Source: an uncultured virus (IMG/VR IMGVR_UViG_3300028888_000068) (lineage: Duplodnaviria > Heunggongvirae > Uroviricota > Caudoviricetes). From it: a DNA stretch of 64,000 nt. Location: IMG/VR virus record IMGVR_UViG_3300028888_000068; one strand, 5' to 3'. The position numbers and the translations under genes were made by a program. Positions 58,526 to 64,000 of the stretch are shown here, piece after piece. The notes beneath the pieces were generated by a model. That model was not told the origin of the DNA, made no database searches, and was given only the letters and a program-made list of their open reading frames with translations. How positions within the stretch are numbered: position 1 is the first letter of the stretch; every line of letters starts with the position of its first letter.

Positions 58526-58573
58526 AAAAGAGAATAAGATTTTGATCTAAATATCATTGTCTTATTCTCTTTT
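58526..58573 (+). promoter_or_regulatory. 5'-leader hairpin
   Basis: AAAAGAGAATAAGA 58526-58539 / TCTTATTCTCTTTT 58560-58573, 18 nt before ATG 58592. Confidence 0.65.
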
Positions 58574-58591
58574 ACTAAACTAAAATAAGTA

Positions 58592-59455
58592 ATGGGTAAC
58601 GTTTTCACTAAAGTCAGATTTTCTAGATGTAGAGAAATTATGAGCTCAAGAGAAGCAGCTATGATACATCTAGGAAATAAAGAGTTTGTCGCCGGTGAGC
58701 CAGTAATTATTAACTATTTTGAAGATACTAATGCCTCTGTCAATACAATAATGGCAGTTGGTATAAAAAATGGTAAAGGTTCTGACTGTTATCGGATTAT
58801 AACTTTAGGGCAATATGAAATCGTTTGGGGAGTTGGGAGACAATTACCGGATGTTTCTTCACTAGTTCATGATGAGCTATACTTATACCAAGATAACGAT
58901 GATGTATGGTATTATGTAAGTGCTCAGGATGGTGTTAGAATATTGGAACCGCTACTTCCATATCCTCACACATTCATTAATATTGCCAACAATACTATTT
59001 ACGTTTCTGACTCAGACCGACACGTTAGATCCATAAATGATGTCTACACTAAGTCAGAAATTGATGCTCTTCTTGAAAGTATATCGGGAGGGGATTTTAC
59101 AAGTTTATCTGCTCTTGAGAGGAGATTAAACGAAGCCTATTTAAGAATCAATGAAGTAATAGAGCAGAATGCACATCTTGCTGAAACAATCGAAGGAATA
59201 TCTGATTCTCTTGGTGTTATTCAGGAATTTGGGGACAAGATAGATGATTTTGAAAGCAGGGTTAGCGCTCTTGAAGTTTCTGATACCGATGGAAGTGTTA
59301 GTGGAACATTCTCTAGTATTCAGATTACAGAAGGTGGAAGTTCTGATACTATTGTAATTGATAGCAGTACTGTAGTTACTACTGAAAATATTGAATATTA
59401 TATAGGCGATGTAGCGGAAGCTATTCCGACTGAACAAATAGAGGCTCTTGATTAA
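58592..59455 (+). CDS. Putative fibre-attachment protein (paralog of the 21028 N-terminus) with coiled coil
   Basis: Shared N-terminal domain, VYTKSEIDALL fibre motif, coiled coil, C-terminal AIPTEQIEALD. Confidence 0.7.
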   Translation: MGNVFTKVRFSRCREIMSSREAAMIHLGNKEFVAGEPVIINYFEDTNASVNTIMAVGIKNGKGSDCYRIITLGQYEIVWGVGRQLPDVSSLVHDELYLYQDNDDVWYYVSAQDGVRILEPLLPYPHTFINIANNTIYVSDSDRHVRSINDVYTKSEIDALLESISGGDFTSLSALERRLNEAYLRINEVIEQNAHLAETIEGISDSLGVIQEFGDKIDDFESRVSALEVSDTDGSVSGTFSSIQITEGGSSDTIVIDSSTVVTTENIEYYIGDVAEAIPTEQIEALD

Positions 59456-59492
59456 TAGGAGCAAATAACTAAAATTTTAAATCTAATTTATT

Positions 59493-60380
59493 ATGCAGTA
59501 TTTAGACATTGCTGGTGTACAGGTTCTTTGGGGAAAGATCAAAAACCTTGCTGCCGCTGGAAAGACTGTCGTCTCTATTGATACGACTGCGGCAGGCGCA
59601 TTTGCTGGTTTCACATTAACTCCTATCGAACATAATGGTCAGGACGAAGATGGCCACATGGAGTATAAATTCTCTCTAACCGACGTACAATCAGCTTCTG
59701 GACTCGCTACTATTCTCGCCGGATATGCATCAAATTCAGATCTATCCGAATTAAGTAGCAAAGTAACAACACTTATTGGTTCTGACAATAATAAATCTGT
59801 CAGAACTATTGCAGCTGAAGAACTAGCTGCACAGCTTATTCCTCAGAATGCACAGGAAGCACTTGACACACTTCAGGAAATCGCGGCATGGATTCAGTCA
59901 CATCCTGGTGATGCCGCTACTATGAATGCTAAGATTCTTGCTCTTGAGGCTGTAACCGCTCTTCCTGAGGATGGTGAAGATCCTGCTTCTGGAACTATTG
60001 CTGCCTACGCCAAAGATTTAGTTGATGCAGAGACAACAAGAGCCGAAGCAGAGGAAGCTAGAATTGATGCACTTATTACTGCCAGAGCTGGCGTCAATGG
60101 TGCAACAACTAATGGTCTCGATGCCAGACTTAGTGCAGTTGAAACAGTCCTAGGTCAGACTGAAGGTGAGATGTCTATAGCTGACCAGGTAGCAGCTGTC
60201 CAGAATGCTATCGACGAGCTAGACTGGGACGCTGAAACTTCTGATAATGGACAGGCAAGTGCAACTCATGTTCTTACTGGAATTCATGTTGAGAATGGCC
60301 AACTTCTGGCCACTGGAGGTATAGATGAGATAGAAATTGCTCCTATCTCTTCTGCAAGCCTCGATACAGTTCTTGTTTAA
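59493..60380 (+). CDS. Phage fibre shaft protein (head or tail fibre-like)
   Basis: MQYLDIAGVQVLWGKIK N-terminus, ALDTLQEIAAWI and ETTRAEAEEARI fibre motifs. Confidence 0.7.
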   Translation: MQYLDIAGVQVLWGKIKNLAAAGKTVVSIDTTAAGAFAGFTLTPIEHNGQDEDGHMEYKFSLTDVQSASGLATILAGYASNSDLSELSSKVTTLIGSDNNKSVRTIAAEELAAQLIPQNAQEALDTLQEIAAWIQSHPGDAATMNAKILALEAVTALPEDGEDPASGTIAAYAKDLVDAETTRAEAEEARIDALITARAGVNGATTNGLDARLSAVETVLGQTEGEMSIADQVAAVQNAIDELDWDAETSDNGQASATHVLTGIHVENGQLLATGGIDEIEIAPISSASLDTVLV

Positions 60381-60394
60381 TTTATTTTATGTAC

Positions 60395-60426
60395 AAGGGA
60401 GGAGAGGAGAGATCTAATCCTCCCTT
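60395..60426 (+). promoter_or_regulatory. Intergenic hairpin
   Basis: AAGGGAGGA 60395-60403 / TCCTCCCTT 60418-60426. Confidence 0.6.
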
Positions 60427-60500
60427 ATACTTAGTTATATATAAATTCGGATAGTTTTCGGATATTAAAATAACTAATGTAAATAGTAATAAAAAAATAT

Positions 60501-63500
60501 ATGGCAAAATTTTTAAGTGAAACTGGATTGCAAACAGTATGGTCAAAGATAGACTCGCTGTTTGTTAGAAAAGCTTCGGTATCTTCAAGTAATAATACTG
60601 CTTCTTTTGGGAGTGCAGTTACTGTTGGATCTGTTGGTGGTGTAGATCTTAAGTTTACTATGCCATCTAATCCTGTAAGTTCTAATACTGTAACTACTAG
60701 TGATACGCTAACTGCAGATAAAATTATTCTTGGAAATGGTACAAAAACTGTAAAAACTAGTACTTATGGGATTACTACTACAGCTCCATCTAGCAGCTCT
60801 GATAATACAACTATTCCTACTTCAAAGGCAGTCTGGAGTGCGTTTGGATCTGTTGCCAGTGCTCTTAAATATAAAGGAACCGTGGCTTCAAATAGCGCTC
60901 TCCCAGCTACCCACTCTGTAGGCGATGTTTATGTGGTATCAACTGCAGGAACTTTTGCCGGAAAAGCATGTGAAGTTGGAGACTATATTGTATGTAAAAC
61001 TGCTGGAACCTCTGCAAATGATGCACATTGGGACGTTCTTAATGGTGAGAATCAGGTAGAAAATAAATCAGCCTCTCTTGCAGCTGCTGGTAGTTCTGCT
61101 ACTATTGCTACAGTTGATGGAACTAATATTACAGTTACAACACCCTCAGGATGGACAGGTGTTGCTAAAACTGGTACAGTAACCTCTGTTGGAATGACAG
61201 TTCCAACTGGTTTATCTGTTTCTGGCAGCCCAATAACTAGCTCCGGAACTCTTGCAGTATCATTTGCCTCTGGATACTCAATTCCTACTACAGCAAAGCA
61301 AGGAAATTGGGACACTGCGTATGGTTGGGGGAATCATGCTAGTGCTGGATATGTAAAACTAGACCCTGGTGCTAATGAGCAGACTATTAAGTCATCTATT
61401 AGCTCTCTGTCTAAGGGAGTGGTTAATCTATGGAGAAGTTCAGGTGACCACTATACATTCTTGGGATTCTCTAATGGCACAACAGAGACAGCTCTTGGTG
61501 GTATAGGATATAAATCACAGGCAGATCATAACCTGTATAAAAAAGATGGCTCCAATTACTATAAGATTTGGGATGAAAACAATTATACAACGTGGATAAA
61601 TACCACTAGCTATCCTGGACTAAGTAAAACAGGTACAGTAACTTCTGTAACCCTAACGTCTGGAACTGGTATTACTGTAAGCAGTTCTGGAACAGCAATA
61701 ACAGGGAGTGGTAGTAGAACAATATCACTAAACAAGGCTACCACAAGCGTAATTGGTGGCATGATTCCTTCTAATGTTCTTACTACAGCAGTTTCATTAA
61801 CTTCTGCTAATGGGTCTACTTCGTCTAGATATTATGGAGTCCAGATGGATAAAGATGGTAAGGCTTTTGTTAATGTTCCTTGGACGTCAGTAAGTGATGC
61901 AAATATAAAGATCTCTGATGGCACTACAACTAATACAATAATAACAGCAGCGTGTATAGGTACTTCTAGCAAAACTAACACCCTTACTATCAGTGCATCT
62001 CAAAATATTACAGCGACGGTAGGTGGCTCGTCAGGGGCGGCAACTTTAACATTAACTGGTCCAGACCTTAGCTCTTATCTAACCTCATCATCCACCTTAG
62101 ATGCTACGAAACTCAGCGGAACAATCCCTTCTTCCTGCTATACAGATACAGATACCGATATACGTTTTGCAGATTTCTTTGGTTCTTGTAGTACTGCTGC
62201 ATCGACAGCAGAAAAAGTGACCTCAAATAATTCAAAAACTCTTGCGGCGTCGGATCTAGTTGACGGCTTGACTGCTATCATATATCATTCTACAGCAAAC
62301 TCTGCCAGTTATCCAACTCTTAATGTTGGTGGGTCGGGAGCTAAGACTGTATACGGTGCGACAGGTAACTCTAGATTAACTGGCAATACGGCTTGGGCAC
62401 AGTACGATATTATACGTTGGGTATATGATGCTGGACAAGGCGGATGGAGAAAGAATGCAGTACTTGGAAATGGAACCAGTCATCGATTAAGGCTACTAAC
62501 TGATAGGGCTCCACTGTATTCATTTACAGAGACATCATTATCTAAAGGAACAACATCTGGTAGTGGTAATGCTGTAACAGATATTTCTGTTTCTGGTCAT
62601 ACTATTACCCTAACTAAAGGAAAAACATTTCTTGAATCTGAAACTTATAAAGGCACTGTAACCTCTATAACCCTAACATCTGGTACTGGTATAACAGTTA
62701 GTGATTCTGGGACTGCGATAACGTCAAGTGGAAGTAGAACTATCTCCTTGGCATCTGTATCGGGATTAACTGCAGGAACATACAAAAGTGTTACTGTAGA
62801 TACCTACGGAAGAGTTACAGCTGGAACTAATCCAACAACTCTTAGTGGATATGGGATTACAGATGCTAAGATTGCTAGTGGCGTTATTACCCTTGGGAGC
62901 AACACTATTACCCCACTAACCTCATCATCTACCTTAAATGCTACAAAGCTTAGTGGTACCATTCCTACATCGTGTTATACAAATACTGATATTCGTTTTG
63001 CAGATTATTTTGGTGAATCTACTACTGCTGCTAGTACAGTTGCAAAAACAACAACAAATAATTCTCCAGCATCAGTTACCCTAGCTACGGGTCTTTGTGC
63101 TATTATATGGCACCAATATAAAAATAGCGCATCCAATGCTACACTTAATGTTGCCGGATCAGGCGCTAAAGCCGCATATAATGCAGCTGGAACAAGGATA
63201 TCTGGATCAACTGGTACGTGGACAGCAGGAGATATTATTAGGTGGGTTTATGATGCATCTTTAAACTCTGGTTCTGGTGGATGGAAAATTAGTGCAATTT
63301 TAGGTAACGGAGACTCACATAGATTTAGGGTCCTTACCGGTGGAAAAACTCCGCTATATTCAGAAACAACCCTCGATAGTATTTCTGATGGCTCAACTAG
63401 AAAATTAGCAAACTACCTTCCTCTTTCTGGTGGCACTATGACGGGGGATATTACCCTAAACGGTGTTTCAATTCTTCCTTCAACGGATGCCACGAATGGT

Positions 63501-64000
63501 GCAACTTCTGGATTAGGTTACTTAGGATCAAGTTCAAGACGATTTAGAGCAGGATATATACGAGATATTTTCACATCATACTTTAATTTTATAGATGGAG
63601 ATACTGCTGCTACTCTCGGAAGTATTAATTTCATGTCGGGAGCGGCATTCCTACGTCCTGTCGATGAAACTGATAGTAATAAATTTTTTGATTATAAGTT
63701 TTATGTAAATTCTACAAGCAATGGATTTTTCTACGAAGAAGGAACAGGTGTTTGTGTTCCTCTTGGTAAGTCCGACCATCGTTGGAGCAAAGTATGGGCC
63801 ACAGATGCTGATTTTTCTGGCAGCCTTGTGATTGGTGGCAACATCGTTCCGTCCGCCGACCTCGGCTCCCAGCTCGGTTACTCCAATAGGCGGTTCTCCA
63901 ACTTGAATGTGAGGACTATCGGAAGTGTTAAGGAAATCAATTTCAAGGATTCAAACAATTCTGCCACGACCGGATATTTGTCGTTCGCTAACGGATGGAT
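60501..64000 (+). CDS. Tail fibre protein, 3'-truncated by the window end (>1160 aa, absent from the ORF track)
   Basis: Manual translation of the start and end in the same frame: MAKFLSETGLQTVWSKIDSLF..., ALKYKGTV, GTVTSV repeats, WDTAYGWGNHASAGY, YLPLSGGTMTGDI, LGKSDHRWSKVW ... GYLSFANGW. Absence from the ORF track is consistent with no in-window stop. Confidence 0.85.
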   Translation, partial: MAKFLSETGLQTVWSKIDSLFVRKASVSSSNNTASFGSAVTVGSVGGVDLKFTMPSNPVSSNTVTTSDTLTADKIILGNGTKTVKTSTYGITTTAPSSSSDNTTIPTSKAVWSAFGSVASALKYKGTVASNSALPATHSVGDVYVVSTAGTFAGKACEVGDYIVCKTAGTSANDAHWDVLNGENQVENKSASLAAAGSSATIATVDGTNITVTTPSGWTGVAKTGTVTSVGMTVPTGLSVSGSPITSSGTLAVSFASGYSIPTTAKQGNWDTAYGWGNHASAGYVKLDPGANEQTIKSSISSLSKGVVNLWRSSGDHYTFLGFSNGTTETALGGIGYKSQADHNLYKKDGSNYYKIWDENNYTTWINTTSYPGLSKTGTVTSVTLTSGTGITVSSSGTAITGSGSRTISLNKATTSVIGGMIPSNVLTTAVSLTSANGSTSSRYYGVQMDKDGKAFVNVPWTSVSDANIKISDGTTTNTIITAACIGTSSKTNTLTISASQNITATVGGSSGAATLTLTGPDLSSYLTSSSTLDATKLSGTIPSSCYTDTDTDIRFADFFGSCSTAASTAEKVTSNNSKTLAASDLVDGLTAIIYHSTANSASYPTLNVGGSGAKTVYGATGNSRLTGNTAWAQYDIIRWVYDAGQGGWRKNAVLGNGTSHRLRLLTDRAPLYSFTETSLSKGTTSGSGNAVTDISVSGHTITLTKGKTFLESETYKGTVTSITLTSGTGITVSDSGTAITSSGSRTISLASVSGLTAGTYKSVTVDTYGRVTAGTNPTTLSGYGITDAKIASGVITLGSNTITPLTSSSTLNATKLSGTIPTSCYTNTDIRFADYFGESTTAASTVAKTTTNNSPASVTLATGLCAIIWHQYKNSASNATLNVAGSGAKAAYNAAGTRISGSTGTWTAGDIIRWVYDASLNSGSGGWKISAILGNGDSHRFRVLTGGKTPLYSETTLDSISDGSTRKLANYLPLSGGTMTGDITLNGVSILPSTDATNGATSGLGYLGSSSRRFRAGYIRDIFTSYFNFIDGDTAATLGSINFMSGAAFLRPVDETDSNKFFDYKFYVNSTSNGFFYEEGTGVCVPLGKSDHRWSKVWATDADFSGSLVIGGNIVPSADLGSQLGYSNRRFSNLNVRTIGSVKEINFKDSNNSATTGYLSFANGW

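Noticed and set aside
251..61315. The many short minus-strand and nested plus-strand ORFs in the track
   Set aside because: They lie antisense to or out of frame within long, motif-bearing genes and show no recognisable motifs, so they are treated as shadow ORFs.
1..64000. Stop-codon reassignment (TAG to Gln, as in Lak and some crAss-like phages)
   Set aside because: ORFs up to 3400 aa are uninterrupted in the standard code, and TAG (2831, 4060, 58447), TGA and TAA all end genes at sensible boundaries.
60501..64000. Diversity-generating retroelement acting on the fibre genes
   Set aside because: No reverse transcriptase in the window, and the repeat pairs differ at all base types rather than only at adenines. 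One outside the window cannot be excluded.

Overview
A 64 kb AT-rich window from what is almost certainly a large (jumbo-class) tailed phage with a contractile-tail baseplate. All credible genes are on the + strand and read with the standard code. Leaders are Shine-Dalgarno-free and A/T-rich (often AATTATG), which suggests a Bacteroidota host (inference). Gene order: (1) a structured intergenic region and inverted boxes before an SF2 helicase-like gene with a degenerate Walker A and a T5orf172/GIY-YIG-like nuclease; (2) T4 gp25-, gp6- and gp7-like baseplate wedge genes and several unknown structural genes, one carrying a 2[4Fe-4S] ferredoxin with a rubredoxin nested inside; (3) a putative holin; (4) a long array of Ig-like (PEGA/BACON/Big_2) and repeat-rich fibre genes, including a 3400 aa fibre; (5) an adjacent pair of giant enzymes, a lamin-tail/metallophosphoesterase protein and a CotH-like kinase/LRR protein, which lack signal peptides and appear virion-anchored; (6) fibre genes, the last of which (60501 to >64000) is missing from the ORF track because it runs off the window. 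The best candidates for undescribed biology are the putative virion-borne kinase/phosphoesterase pair, the Fe-S/rubredoxin structural protein, an Ig domain split between genes, and the helicase with inverted boxes whose 18 bp core recurs 58 kb away. All domain calls come from motif recognition by eye; no searches were run. No tRNA, rRNA, CRISPR array, integrase or reverse transcriptase was seen.
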